The notes under the pieces were generated by a model that ran no database searches, had not been told where the DNA came from, and saw only the letters and a program-made list of their open reading frames with translations. A DNA stretch of 64,000 bases, from contig CAWDVE010000013.1 in NCBI GenBank assembly GCA_963805625.1, positions 256,001-320,000 on the forward strand. The letters run 5' to 3'. Origin of the DNA: an uncultured Candidatus Rokubacteria bacterium (lineage in GTDB: Bacteria; Methylomirabilota; Methylomirabilia; Rokubacteriales; DASRDR01). The position numbers were made by a program, and so were the translations under genes. Below are positions 51,001 through 61,629 of the stretch, one piece after another (position 1 is the stretch's first letter; the number at the start of each line of letters is the position of its first letter).

Positions 51001-51490
51001 TCTTGGCCCCCCGGGCTGTCGCGCTGACCAGTTCCTTTCCGGTCTCGTCCAGATAGCGCGCCTCGGCCACCACCTCGTCACGGCGACTCAGAAACTGGCC
51101 GAAGTGCTCGGCCAGCTTCTTGAGCGCGACGTCGGCCTCCTGCACGAGCCGGTACTCGAGCTGGGTTTGGTAATCACGCAAGGCAGGCGAGCTGGCCAGG
51201 TCGTACAGGTCCAGCTCGCGCTCCCGGAGAAACGGCCTCAGGCGAAGCGCCACCTGACGCAGTCGCACCTGAAGCTCCTCGCGGACCTGGAGCTCGAGCG
51301 TCGCCTTCGTGCTGGAGTACCAAACATAGGCCAGCCCTCCGAGCGGAACGAGGACCAGCGGGATGACCACCAGGGTCAGCTTGGTGGCGATGCCGAACCG
51401 CACACGCCGCCACCCCGGCCGGGACGGGTTGGGGGCAGCGCGAACCCCTATCCCTTCGGGGACAACCTCAGCTCCGATTCCAGGGGTCAT
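48064..51490 (-). pseudogene. Hybrid sensor kinase (TM-dCache-HAMP-2xGAF-HisKA-HATPase-REC), split by a +1 frameshift at 51007-51012
   Basis: ORFs 50939..51490 and 48064..51081 join seamlessly (KELVSATARG-PRGTVHSYASRPFF) if one G of the G6 run is removed; 'AHDFNNLL', 'FDPFFTTK...GTGLGL', REC 'TDLGMP'. Confidence 0.8.
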
Positions 51491-53001
51491 TGCCCCAACC
51501 CAACTCCCCCGAGACGCAGGATCGTGTCCGCGGATGGCACAAAGCCCGTGACGTGCTCGCGCACCCCGTAGAGGTCCACGACCTGGTAGAGAGGGATCGT
51601 GAGGCCCTGGTCGTGCGCGATGACCTGAACCTCGCGGAGGAGCGACGCGCGAACCGCCGGGTCCTGCTCGCTGTCGGCCCTGTTCAGGAGCTCGAGGGCG
51701 CGCGGCTGCGACGCGCGAGCCATCGGGTGAGCGGGGTCCAGGTGCACTCGCAGCTGAAACGCGGCGTCGAAGATGAGGCTCGTGGGATCCAGGATCAGGA
51801 AGTTATGCTGGTCGCGCTCCTTGATCCACCGCGACATGGTCGGTGCACGGCCTTCCACACTGAGCTCGAGCTTCACGCCGAGCTTCGCCCATTGCTGGGC
51901 CAGGGCCGTCGCCAGGGTCTGGGTGTCGTGCGTCGCGAGACCACGCAAGCGAAGCCCATTAGGATAGCCCGCCTCAGCGAGCAGCGCTTTAGCCTTGGTG
52001 GGGTCGAAGGGATAAGGCTTGAGGCCTGGGTGGAAGCCGAAGTCCTCCGGCAGCGTGACCGTAGCGATGGCTCGCCCGTTCCCCCTGGCGATGTATCGCA
52101 CTAGTCCCTCCACGTCCGTTCCATAGAGCAACGCCCGGCGAACCTCGACGCGGGCCAGCGGTCCGGTGCGATTGTCGATGAAGACGTCCATGAACCGAAT
52201 CGAGTTACGCTTGACCAGACGCACCCCCGGCGCTCGCAGCAGGGAGTCCACTTGCTGCGGGAGAAGGTTGGTGACGATGTCCACACTCCCCGTCAGTAGT
52301 TGGCGGAGGCGTTCCTCTGCCTCCGGGATGAACTGGAAGACTACTCGCGGAGTCTTGGACACACCGCCGTGGTAGTCAGCAAACGCCGTGAGCACCGCCT
52401 GCGTCGTGTTGAGCTCCGAGAGCCGGAAGGGGCCCAACCCGATTGGCTCGCGGAAGAAATCGGCTTCAGCACGACCCCGCAGCTGATCGGGTAGGATCAT
52501 GCTGAACTGGGAAAGACGCGCGGGCAGCAGCGCATAGGGGCGCTTGGTCGTGATTCGCACCGTAAGCGTATCGATCGCCACGATGGTCTCGAGTTCGCTG
52601 AACTCGTGTCGCCGAGGAGAGTTGACCTTGGGGTCCAGGATTCGCTCCAGGGAGTACACGACATCGGCCGCGGTGAGCTCGCCCCCATCGTGAAAGCGCA
52701 CGCCCGGGCGCAGCCGGAACTCCCAGGTGAGCCGGTCCACCGGTCCCCACCCCTCGAGAAGCGGGGTCCGGATCTTGCCGTCCGGATCCCGGTCGAACAG
52801 CGGCTCGAAGATGAGCCGGAAGAAGCTCTGCGCCTGGGTGCCGTAGACCTTGAACGGATCGAGCGTCGCGGGGGGGGCCGTCGCGTCGGCGACGACGAGC
52901 TCGCTCCCGGGACTACGGGGCGCGCCACTCACCACCGACGCTGGCGCGAGAAGCAGGGCCAGCACGATTGCAACCGCCCATCGATTTCCCACGGGGGCCA
53001 T
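51487..53001 (-). CDS. Peptide/nickel-type ABC substrate-binding protein (family 5), stand-alone
   Basis: Signal peptide; 'TLDP', 'F.LRPGV.FHDG..LTAADVVYS', 'PIG.GPF', 'YPFDP.KAKALLAEAGY'; stop overlaps the kinase start. Confidence 0.88.
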   Translation of the reverse strand: MAPVGNRWAVAIVLALLLAPASVVSGAPRSPGSELVVADATAPPATLDPFKVYGTQAQSFFRLIFEPLFDRDPDGKIRTPLLEGWGPVDRLTWEFRLRPGVRFHDGGELTAADVVYSLERILDPKVNSPRRHEFSELETIVAIDTLTVRITTKRPYALLPARLSQFSMILPDQLRGRAEADFFREPIGLGPFRLSELNTTQAVLTAFADYHGGVSKTPRVVFQFIPEAEERLRQLLTGSVDIVTNLLPQQVDSLLRAPGVRLVKRNSIRFMDVFIDNRTGPLARVEVRRALLYGTDVEGLVRYIARGNGRAIATVTLPEDFGFHPGLKPYPFDPTKAKALLAEAGYPNGLRLRGLATHDTQTLATALAQQWAKLGVKLELSVEGRAPTMSRWIKERDQHNFLILDPTSLIFDAAFQLRVHLDPAHPMARASQPRALELLNRADSEQDPAVRASLLREVQVIAHDQGLTIPLYQVVDLYGVREHVTGFVPSADTILRLGGVGLGQ

Positions 53002-53067
53002 ATGGCGAATTTCCCTCCCGGGTGGGGTCAAGGCTCACGGGCCCAGTCGCCCCCCGGCAGGGACGAG

Positions 53068-53083
53068 TGCAATGGGTGTGCCA
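53068..53083 (-). promoter_or_regulatory. Sigma54 (-24/-12) promoter for the SBP-kinase operon
   Basis: Minus strand TGGCAC-ACCCA-TTGCA, matching the TGGCAC-N5-TTGC consensus. Confidence 0.75.
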
Positions 53084-53135
53084 CCAGTGATGCGCTTCCC
53101 CCGGGCCTGGGCAGACGGTCGCTAGTGCGGCGAAT

Positions 53136-53662
53136 GTGGGCGATTTGAGCGGGTTTGCTTCTGATGGGCACTCCGAGGAGACGCCCAGAAGCGTGGTGCC
53201 CCGTCAGATCGTGGCAGTTCCCGGGCAGCTTGCATGCGTCGTTACGGCAACCTTCCTTCACTTCATGTCGCTCTACTACCTCCTACCCACTCTGCCTCTG
53301 TACGTTCAAAGTCTAGGCGGCTCCAACTCCGGGGTTGGTCTCATCATCGGCATCCTGGCACTCACCTCCCTGGCGGCGCGGCCCACGGTGCTCGCGGGAT
53401 TGGGCATCGGCAGCTCGCACACTATGCTGATCAGCTTGGTGGTGGACCGCGCACCGGGCAGGAATCGGGCCAGCAGCGTGGCGGGATTCGCCGCGTGCTG
53501 GGTGCCGGGAGTCGGGGGTGGGACGATCATCATGGGCCGCCTGGCGGACGCCGCGGGCTTCGAGGTAGTGTTCCTGGTGGCCGCCGGCTCCCGATGCTGG
53601 GTCTCGCCGGCCTCCGCAGACTCCGTGACCGTGAGGGGGGAGGCGCTCAGGCTCCGAAGTAG
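53136..53662 (+). pseudogene. Internally deleted and frameshifted MFS transporter
   Basis: TM1-2 ('YYLLPTLPLYV..LGG....VGL.IG.......ARP') joined to TM10-12 ('GLGIG...VVDRAP...RA......GRLADAAG.E.VF'); tail shifts frame. Confidence 0.65.
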
Positions 53663-55407
53663 GTTCCCAGGGTCTCCAGCCGACCTCCGAATGGCGCCAC
53701 CTCGTCCGGATCGATCTCGACGTCCAGCACGGTCGGACGGCCACTCTGAAGGATCCTTCCGATGAGCTCCCGGTTGATCTCGCCCGGCTCCCGGATGCGA
53801 AAGGCCTGCGCTCCCAGCCCCTCCGCCACCCGGGCGCAGTCCACGCGCGGGTATCGAGTGGCCACGTCGGGCAGGTCCATCATCCGAAGCGCGTGATAGG
53901 CCATGCCATACCCGGCGTCGTTCAGCACAACCCAGATCACCTGTTTGCCGTAGTGGACCGCGGTCGAGACTTCCATCCCGTTCATGAGGAACCCACCGTC
54001 ACCCGTGATCGAGACGACCACGCGGTCCGGCGCCGCGAACTTCCCGCCGATCGCGCCCGCCACCCCGAAGCCCATCGAGGCCATACCGGTCGCACAGAAG
54101 AAGGTCCGCGGGTAGAGACTCTGCCAGTAGTGAATCGCCCACGACCGGTTCGCCCCCCCGTCGACAAACACCAGGGCGTCCCGCGGCAAGGCCTCCTGGA
54201 GATCCCGCATCAGGCGTTGCGGCTTGATCGGTACCGCGTTCGAGTCCATCACGCAGGCGTTCAGAACTCTCGGACGGTCCGGGGGCGGTGCGAGCTTGCC
54301 GTTGCCGCGCCGCCAGTGCAGATACCGTTGTTGCTGCCGGCGAATCTCGTAGCAGAGCTCGGTGAGTCCGGACTTGGCATCTCCGATCACTGGCACGGTG
54401 ACATCGTAGTTCTTGCCGATCTCGTACGGGTCGATGTCGACGTGAAGCAGTGCCTCGCTCGGCTGGAGCCGGCGATCCCAGCCCAACGTGCCCCATTCGC
54501 TGAAACTGGTCCCCACGGCGAGGAGGACGTCCACGCCGCTCTCCAGGAGATGCCACTGCGCTAGCGGCGACCCCGAATACCCGAAGGGTCCCACGGAGAG
54601 CCGGTGGTCCTCCGGGAACGCGCCCTTTCCCTTGGGAGTGGTCGCGACGGGGATGTCCAGCATCTCGGCGATGGCCCGGATCTCGTCGGACGCGTTCGAA
54701 AGGATCACGCCGTACCCGGCGAGGATCGCCGGCCGCCGCGCTCGGAGGAGACGCAGCGCCGCCTGCTTGATCGCCGCCCGGTCGTAGGTCCGACTCGAAT
54801 GAATGGGCGTGGTCACTTTCGTAGGCCGCTGGATCGTTTGATCCTGCACGTCGGAGGGGAGGCTCAGATGGACCGGCCCCGGGCGCCCCCCGAGCGCCAT
54901 GCGCAAGGCCTTCTGCCACACGGCGGGAAGGCGATCAGCCCTGAAGACGAGCGTGCTGTAACGGGTGACCTGCTTGAACACATCAACGATGTCGATGCCT
55001 TCGGTGCTGGACTCCTGAAGGGCTCCTCTGCCGAAGGACTTCGTAGCCACCTGGCCCGTGAACACAACGATCGGCACGGAATCGGCGTACGCGGCGGCAA
55101 CCCCCGTGATCAAGTTGGTAGCTCCGGGACCCGACGTCCCCACGCAGGCCCCGAGCCCGCCGCTCGCACGCGCGTAGCCGTCGGCCATGAACGCGGCTCC
55201 GGCCTCGTGCTTGGTCATGACGATCTGGGTCCGGCGTCCCACGGTGGCTGCGAAGAAGGGGAAGACAGCGCCGCCAATCACGCCGAAGACATACTTGACG
55301 TCTGCGTCCGCGAGGGCTTCGACGAGATACTCGGCAGCCTTGCACTCCGTCGGCGGCCTTCCCAATGCCCCGTTTCCCCTGCTCTTGGATTCAGGGGCCA
55401 CCTTCAC
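53647..55407 (-). CDS. Thiamine-pyrophosphate-dependent enzyme (acetolactate synthase large-subunit-like)
   Basis: 'KHEAGAAFMADGYAR', 'TSGPGATN', 'GPVHL.LP.D', TPP motif 'GDGGFLM...N'. Confidence 0.88.
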   Translation of the reverse strand: MKVAPESKSRGNGALGRPPTECKAAEYLVEALADADVKYVFGVIGGAVFPFFAATVGRRTQIVMTKHEAGAAFMADGYARASGGLGACVGTSGPGATNLITGVAAAYADSVPIVVFTGQVATKSFGRGALQESSTEGIDIVDVFKQVTRYSTLVFRADRLPAVWQKALRMALGGRPGPVHLSLPSDVQDQTIQRPTKVTTPIHSSRTYDRAAIKQAALRLLRARRPAILAGYGVILSNASDEIRAIAEMLDIPVATTPKGKGAFPEDHRLSVGPFGYSGSPLAQWHLLESGVDVLLAVGTSFSEWGTLGWDRRLQPSEALLHVDIDPYEIGKNYDVTVPVIGDAKSGLTELCYEIRRQQQRYLHWRRGNGKLAPPPDRPRVLNACVMDSNAVPIKPQRLMRDLQEALPRDALVFVDGGANRSWAIHYWQSLYPRTFFCATGMASMGFGVAGAIGGKFAAPDRVVVSITGDGGFLMNGMEVSTAVHYGKQVIWVVLNDAGYGMAYHALRMMDLPDVATRYPRVDCARVAEGLGAQAFRIREPGEINRELIGRILQSGRPTVLDVEIDPDEVAPFGGRLETLGTYFGA

Positions 55408-55644
55408 CGTCGAGTCACCACGGCGTGCTCCTCGTCATAAGGGAGCTGGCCAGCCCCACCGGTCAGACCGGATGCGCCGACGACCCAGTCGCGTTCGCCT
55501 GATGCTACATCCGGGTTGCCCCGAATGTCACGATTTTGCAGCAATAATTCCCGATGCCTTGGATCAGGCCCGTATCCGAGCGGATACGTGCAGACCAGAG
55601 CGGCAGGCCACAACCGGGCGGCCGACGATCCGGGGGAAAGGCCT

Positions 55645-55880
55645 TCAGGACCCGGCGAACGCCCGCTGGACGACGCCCCGCACGTCGGCGGCCACGAAGG
55701 GCTTGCTGAGCGTCGGCGCCCCACGTTGGATCACGAACTCCATGGCGGCACCGAGCGCGTCGCCCGCGAGGAAGACGAATCGGGTGTAGAGCGTCGGATA
55801 CCGCCGCTGCACCTCGCCAAACAGCGTGGGGCCGTCCATCTCGGGCATGGGGAGATCGCTGACGACGAGGTCGTCCGTAC
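55645..55880 (-). pseudogene. N-terminally truncated response regulator receiver
   Basis: '[15 protein letters not shown]...........FVFL.GD..........L.KPF' without the beta1 DD acidic pocket or a proper start. Confidence 0.6.
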
Positions 55881-55896
55881 TGGCATCGATGTTGCT
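55881..55896 (+). promoter_or_regulatory. Sigma54 (-24/-12) promoter for the large hybrid kinase
   Basis: TGGCAT-CGATG-TTGCT (GG-N10-GC). Confidence 0.65.
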
Positions 55897-55964
55897 CACT
55901 CTTCCGGCTCGACGGCGTGGCGGATTACATGCGAGAGAGCGGTAGACTCTCACCGGGGTCGGGG

Positions 55965-58900
55965 ATGTTCCATCGCTTGAGCCTCAAGACGATCCTGATC
56001 GGTGGCGCGGTGCTCGCCGCGGCAATTCCGGCCGTGCTGGTCGGGATTGCGCTGGTCAGCTCGCTTCACGACTCCGCGATCCAGGAAGCCACCGCGCGGT
56101 ACGAGCTGCTCGCCCAAGGGCTCGCCTCGGAGCACGACCGGTTCCTCACCTCGCACCGACAGGCGGTCCAGATGCTGACACGTCACATGGAGGACCAGCG
56201 CTCCCTCGGCGACGGCGAGGTGGCGCTGCTCCTCGCTCGAACGAGAGCCAGCTACCCTGAATTCGAAGCCATCGCGCTCGTCGATCGGTCGGGCCGGATC
56301 GTCGCGTCGAACCCTTCGACGACCGAGGACGGCCGCAGCACGACCGGGATCGACGTGTCCGACCGGGAGTGGTTCCAGGAGATCGTCCGCAGTCGCCGGA
56401 TTGTCGTGCACCCCGACGTGGAGGCGAGCCGGATCCGTCAGAGCAGTCTCGGCCTCCCGATCGGCGCCCCCATCTCTGACGGGTCCGGCGGCTTCCGGGG
56501 AGCGGTCGCCGCGTGGCTCCGGCTGGACGCGATTCAGACCCTCACCGACCGGGTCCGCTTCGGCCACACGGGGCACGCGCAGATGACGACGGCACGGGGC
56601 AGACTCCTCGCGCACGAGAGCCCGGCCTATGTCCAGGAGCGTAAGGACTTCTCCCTCCTGCCGATATGGCCCATTGTCGCGTCCCGAGACTCCGGTCAGA
56701 TTCCGCGGTACGCGGGCATGTCCGGCATCGAGCGTCTGGCGGGCTTCGCGACCGTGCCCGATGTTGGATGGAAGATCTGGGTGAACCAGGCTCATGCCGA
56801 GGTCGAAGCCGATCTGAACGCGACCTACCGCCGCCTGCTGGGCTGGACGGCGTTGGCCCTCCTGGCGACGGTGGCGCTGGCCATTTCCGTCGCCACCTAT
56901 GTGTCCCGTCCCCTCGCGGCTCTCCGCAACACGGCCGGCGCCATCGCGGCGGGCGACGCGACACCGCAGGTTCCTCAGGGCGGCCCCCCGGAGGTCGCGG
57001 CGCTGGCGCGCGCCTTCGAGGCGATGCTCGGAAGACTGACCGCCGCCCAGGCGGCCCTGGAGTCGCGGCTCGGCGAAACGGCGGCGCTCCTGGCGATCGC
57101 CAAGGTCATCGGCGGGACCCTGGACCTTCCCGAAGCGCTCCGACGCATCTGCCGGGAGCTGGCACGCCTGACGGGCGCCGGGACCGTGGCCGCCCACCTG
57201 ATCGACGCGGAGCGAACCCAGCTCGAGCCGGTTGCGGCCTATCACGTGCCCAGGCACCTGCTCGAAGCCGTCGCGGCGAGCCCGGTTCCACTCGCCGAGC
57301 AGGGATTCCGGGAAACCGTCTTCGAGAGCGGCCGAATCGCTTGGAGCAACGATGTCACACATGACCCGCGCTTTGTCTTCCCGCTCTTCCGCGCGTTTCC
57401 TCACCAGTCGGGACTGATCATCCCGCTCGTCCTCGACGATCAGGTCGCAGGCACGCTCTACCTCGTCTGGTGGGAAGAGCGCCGCCGGTTCGACGACGCG
57501 GAGCTCGCCGTCCTCCAGGCGGTCGGGCGGCAGGCCGGGACACTCCTGCGGGGCGCGCGGCTCCACGCGGCGACCGAGCGCCAGGCGCGCCAGGCCACCA
57601 AGCTCTACGAGGTCGCGGGGCAACTTGCCTCCTCCCTCGATCTCGACCGGGTCCTGGACCGGGTCGCGGAGACGACACTCGATCTCCTGGGCTGCGACGC
57701 CTCGGGCTTCTACGCCTACGACGAGGCGCGGGGCGGACTGGTCCTCCGGCGGGGGCTCCACCTCGATCCCGAGCTGAGCCGGAACCTCGTGCTCCGACCC
57801 GGGGAAGGCGTCGCGGGCCGTGCATTCGCCGAGCGGCGCCCCGTGTGGACGCGGGATCGTGAGACCGACTCCGCGCTCGAGTACTCCCCGACAACGGGCG
57901 CCCTCGTCCGTGCGAAGGCGCCCCGTGCCTATCTCGCGGTGCCGGTCGCCAGCGGCGACACCCTCCACGGCGTGCTCATCTGCCACCACCTCCGGCCACA
58001 CACCTTCACACCCACCGAAGTCGAGCTCTTCTCGATTCTCGCCGCCCACACGGCCATCGCCCTCGAGCGCGCCCGCCTCTTTCACGAGTCGGAGGCTCGA
58101 CGCCGAGACCTCGGCACGCTCGTCGCCGTCACCCAGCGCGTCACACGCGGCCTGGACCTCCACACGGTCCTCCGGGGTATCACCGAGGCGGCCGCGGAGC
58201 TGTTCCACGGTGAGGCAGGCTTCCGGCTCGTGGAGGGCGAGTTCCTCGTTCGAGTGGCGGTGACGCCCGGAGCCGAGGAGACCACCACAAGGGAGCGGAT
58301 CCGGATCGGGGAGTCGATCAGCGGCCGGGTTGCAGCCACCGGTGAGCCGATCGTCACCGCCGACAGCGCGGCGGACCCATGGCTCTTGCCCGAGCACAGA
58401 GTGCGGACACGGAGCCATCAGATCGGTGCCCAGATGTCGGTCCCGGTTCGTATCGGGCATCGGATCCTGGGAGCGCTCAACGTCTACCGCGAGCTCGGCC
58501 ATCGATTCGACGACAACGCCCTCGCGCTCGCGACCAACCTGGCCGCCCAGGCGGGCATCGCGATCGAGAACGCCCGGCTCTTCGAGGAAGCCGAGCGCCG
58601 GCGACGAGCCGCCGAGAGCTTCACCGAGGTGGGCCGCGTCATCTCGCAGTCTCTCGACCCGCGAGAGGTTGCGGAGCGGATCGTCGAGAGCGTCCGCCGG
58701 CTCTTCGATGCCAGTGTGGCTTCGCTGTATCGCGTCGACGGTCCGACGGGTGATCTCGTCGCCCTCGCCCTGTCCGGCGACCTGGGACCAGGCTGGCAGG
58801 TCGGCTTGCGGCTCCCCGGCGGGACCGGCGCATCCGGGGTCGCCGTGCGGGACCGGCGGCCGGTGATGTCCGATGACCTGCTCAAGGACGCTCGAATCCC

Positions 58901-61112
58901 GATGACTGGGGAGATCCGGGCCCTCCTCCAGACGGCAAGCTTCCGGACCGCACTGGCGGTTCCGATCATGTTTCGGAATCAGGTGATCGGCGCCCTCTCC
59001 ATCGGGCGGCTGGAGGGTCAGACCTTCCAGGGCGACGAGATCCGCATGGCCCAGGCCTTCGCCGATCAGGCCGCCCTCGCCCTGGAGAACGCCAGATCGG
59101 CCACGGAGCTCCGGACCGCCAGGGACGCCGCGGAAGCGGCCAGCCGCGCCAAGAGCGAATTCGTCGCGAACATGAGCCACGAGATCCGGACCCCCATGAA
59201 CGGAATCACGGGAATGACCGAGCTCTTGCTGGACACCGAGCTCGATCCCGAGCAGCGCGAGTATCTCCAGATGGTGAAGACGTCCGCCGATGCGCTCCTC
59301 GACATCATCAACGACATCCTCGATTTCTCGAAGGTCGAGGCGGGCAAGCTCGAGCTGGACTCGGCCCGCTTCTCCATCCGCTCCACCCTGAGCCATACGC
59401 TGAAACCGCTGGCCTTCCGCGCCCACCAGAAGGGGCTGGAGCTCGCTGTCGACGTCGCCTGGGACACGCCCGACGCGCTCGTCGGGGATCCCGGCCGCCT
59501 GCGCCAGATCGTCCTGAACCTGGTCGGGAACGCGCTCAAGTTCACGGAGCGGGGCTCGATCGTCGTTCGGGTGAACGCCGAGGGAGAGACGACCGATACG
59601 GTGGAGCTCCACGTCACGGTAACGGACACGGGGATCGGAATCCCGCCGGACAAGCAGGCGCTTGTGTTCGAGGCCTTCGAGCAGGCCGACAGCTCCACGA
59701 CGCGCCGCTACGGTGGCACGGGGCTGGGGCTGGCGATCGCGCGGCGCCTGGTAGGCATGATGGGAGGCCGGATCTGGGTCGAGAGCGCGGTCGGCAAGGG
59801 CAGCACCTTCCACTTCACGGTCCGCCTGGGTATCGGGCGGCCCGACACGGCGACGGCGCCGCTCCCTGCCGAGCGGCTCCGCGGGCTGGCTGCCCTGGTG
59901 GTCGACGATCACGCGATCAACCGGCGCATCATCCTCGACATGCTGACCCACTGGGGCATCACTCCAGCCGTGGTGAGCAGCGGCAGCGCGGCGCTGGCGG
60001 CCGTCGAGAGAGCGCGCGCCGGCGGCGCCCCCTTCGCCCTGGTGCTGACAGACTCGGAGATTCCGGGGATCGACGGCTTCACGCTCTGCGAACGGATCAA
60101 GTCCGACCCCGCCAACGCGGGTACGACCCTGATCATGCTCTCGTCCGCGGGCCGGCCGGGGGACGCTGCTCGGTGCTGCGCGATCGGCATCAGCGGATAC
60201 CTCAGCACGCCGGTCACGGAGGGAGAGCTGCTCGACGCCATCCTGACGGCCACCAGCGCTCTGCCCAAGCCGGGCCAGCAACCGCACCTCGTGACCCGTC
60301 ACGTGCTCCGGGAGCGTCGACATCGTCTCCGCATCCTGCTGGCGGAGGACAACGTCGTGAACCAGCGACTGGCCGTCCGGCTGGTGGAGCGCCAGGGGCA
60401 TGCGGTCGTGGTGGCCGGGACCGGGCGGGCCGCGCTGAAGGCTCTCGAACGCGAGCGCTTCGATCTCGTGTTGATGGACCTCCAGATGCCCGACATGGAT
60501 GGCCTCGCGGCACTGACGGCCATCCGGGATCTCGAGGCGCGGGCATCCACCGGCGACTGGCAGCCAACGGCAGGCTCCTCGTTCGCCGCGGGCGGGCGGA
60601 TTCCGGTCATTGCCGTGACGGCGCACGCCATGCAGGGCGACAAGGAGCGCTGTCTCGCGGCCGGCATGGACGGCTACGTCACGAAGCCGATCCAGCCGGC
60701 GGCGCTCGCATCCGCCATCGAGCGCTGGCTCCCCCAGGAGAGCCTGCCTGCGGCGAAGCCTGCCTCGGCCCCCGTCGATCTCGTCGCTGCGCGACGGCTC
60801 GCGGGCGGGGATGAAGAGCTCCGCGCCGAAGTAGCCGCAGCGTTCATGGAGGGCTGCCGCCAGTACCAGGCCGAGCTGCGCGATGCCGTCCAGGCAGGCG
60901 ACCCGGTGCGAATCGAGCGGATCGCTCACACCCTGAAGGGCGCGGCGGGGGCCGTCGGGGCCACGACGGCGCAGGGACTCGCAGCCGAGCTGGAGGGGCT
61001 CAGTCGGGGCCGCTATGACGACCGCGTGGCGACCCTCTCCGGGGAGCTCGAGCAAGAGCTCGGCCGTGCCACGGCGTTCCTGGCCGCTCAGATCGCGGCG
61101 CAGCCCAGCTGA
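55965..61112 (+). CDS. Hybrid sensor kinase: TM-dCache-HAMP-4xGAF-HisKA-HATPase-REC-REC-Hpt
   Basis: 'DVSDREWF' (dCache); four 'LDL/P..L..I/V' GAF starts; '[12 protein letters not shown]', '[10 protein letters not shown]', 'GGTGLGL', 'LAEDN.VNQ..MD.QMP.MDG', Hpt 'AHTLKG'. Confidence 0.92.
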   Translation: MFHRLSLKTILIGGAVLAAAIPAVLVGIALVSSLHDSAIQEATARYELLAQGLASEHDRFLTSHRQAVQMLTRHMEDQRSLGDGEVALLLARTRASYPEFEAIALVDRSGRIVASNPSTTEDGRSTTGIDVSDREWFQEIVRSRRIVVHPDVEASRIRQSSLGLPIGAPISDGSGGFRGAVAAWLRLDAIQTLTDRVRFGHTGHAQMTTARGRLLAHESPAYVQERKDFSLLPIWPIVASRDSGQIPRYAGMSGIERLAGFATVPDVGWKIWVNQAHAEVEADLNATYRRLLGWTALALLATVALAISVATYVSRPLAALRNTAGAIAAGDATPQVPQGGPPEVAALARAFEAMLGRLTAAQAALESRLGETAALLAIAKVIGGTLDLPEALRRICRELARLTGAGTVAAHLIDAERTQLEPVAAYHVPRHLLEAVAASPVPLAEQGFRETVFESGRIAWSNDVTHDPRFVFPLFRAFPHQSGLIIPLVLDDQVAGTLYLVWWEERRRFDDAELAVLQAVGRQAGTLLRGARLHAATERQARQATKLYEVAGQLASSLDLDRVLDRVAETTLDLLGCDASGFYAYDEARGGLVLRRGLHLDPELSRNLVLRPGEGVAGRAFAERRPVWTRDRETDSALEYSPTTGALVRAKAPRAYLAVPVASGDTLHGVLICHHLRPHTFTPTEVELFSILAAHTAIALERARLFHESEARRRDLGTLVAVTQRVTRGLDLHTVLRGITEAAAELFHGEAGFRLVEGEFLVRVAVTPGAEETTTRERIRIGESISGRVAATGEPIVTADSAADPWLLPEHRVRTRSHQIGAQMSVPVRIGHRILGALNVYRELGHRFDDNALALATNLAAQAGIAIENARLFEEAERRRRAAESFTEVGRVISQSLDPREVAERIVESVRRLFDASVASLYRVDGPTGDLVALALSGDLGPGWQVGLRLPGGTGASGVAVRDRRPVMSDDLLKDARIPMTGEIRALLQTASFRTALAVPIMFRNQVIGALSIGRLEGQTFQGDEIRMAQAFADQAALALENARSATELRTARDAAEAASRAKSEFVANMSHEIRTPMNGITGMTELLLDTELDPEQREYLQMVKTSADALLDIINDILDFSKVEAGKLELDSARFSIRSTLSHTLKPLAFRAHQKGLELAVDVAWDTPDALVGDPGRLRQIVLNLVGNALKFTERGSIVVRVNAEGETTDTVELHVTVTDTGIGIPPDKQALVFEAFEQADSSTTRRYGGTGLGLAIARRLVGMMGGRIWVESAVGKGSTFHFTVRLGIGRPDTATAPLPAERLRGLAALVVDDHAINRRIILDMLTHWGITPAVVSSGSAALAAVERARAGGAPFALVLTDSEIPGIDGFTLCERIKSDPANAGTTLIMLSSAGRPGDAARCCAIGISGYLSTPVTEGELLDAILTATSALPKPGQQPHLVTRHVLRERRHRLRILLAEDNVVNQRLAVRLVERQGHAVVVAGTGRAALKALERERFDLVLMDLQMPDMDGLAALTAIRDLEARASTGDWQPTAGSSFAAGGRIPVIAVTAHAMQGDKERCLAAGMDGYVTKPIQPAALASAIERWLPQESLPAAKPASAPVDLVAARRLAGGDEELRAEVAAAFMEGCRQYQAELRDAVQAGDPVRIERIAHTLKGAAGAVGATTAQGLAAELEGLSRGRYDDRVATLSGELEQELGRATAFLAAQIAAQPS

Positions 61113-61133
61113 CTCCCCAGCCGGCCCCGACAG

Positions 61134-61340
61134 TCAGGTCGGCTCGCCGAGCGCGTCGCGCACGGCGTCCAGCAGGGCGGCCGGATCTACGGGCTTCTTG
61201 AGAATCCGGACCGCGCCTGCTGCCGCCGCACGGTGCTCCAGGGCGGCATCGCCACTGCCCGTCACGACCATGACCGGCATGGTGCTCGTCCTGGACGACA
61301 GCGCGAGTCTCTCGGCCACCAGGACTCGCCTTACCGGCAT
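61134..61340 (-). pseudogene. C-terminal half of a response regulator receiver
   Basis: 'T..MPV.VVTG......RA..AGA...L.KPVD...LL..V'; the phospho-Asp half is missing. Confidence 0.55.
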
Positions 61341-61629
61341 GAACGCAGGGCCTCAATCGGCCCGTCGCTCGTTCGGTCGGCACGATCAGGCTCCCGGCCC
61401 CCCATGTCCACAGGGCCGGTCGAGGCCTGAGAGATCTCACAGCCCGTCGCCCTCGTTTCCTCACGTACAATGCGGCCATGGCGTCCCAGGGCAGACCAGT
61501 CGAGGCCCGGCGACCTCCGAGGAGCGGCAATCCTTGTCTGGCCGGTGATACTATGGGCGCGGTCGCCCAACCGCACCCGGAAACGAAGCAATCGAGACGC
61601 GTGACTTTCAGAGGAAGGGGAAGCTAGCG

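Noticed and set aside
55950-61055. 1701-aa antisense ORF opposite the hybrid kinase
   Set aside because: Shadow ORF expected from high-GC codon bias; no recognisable motifs, while the plus strand has a coherent domain architecture.
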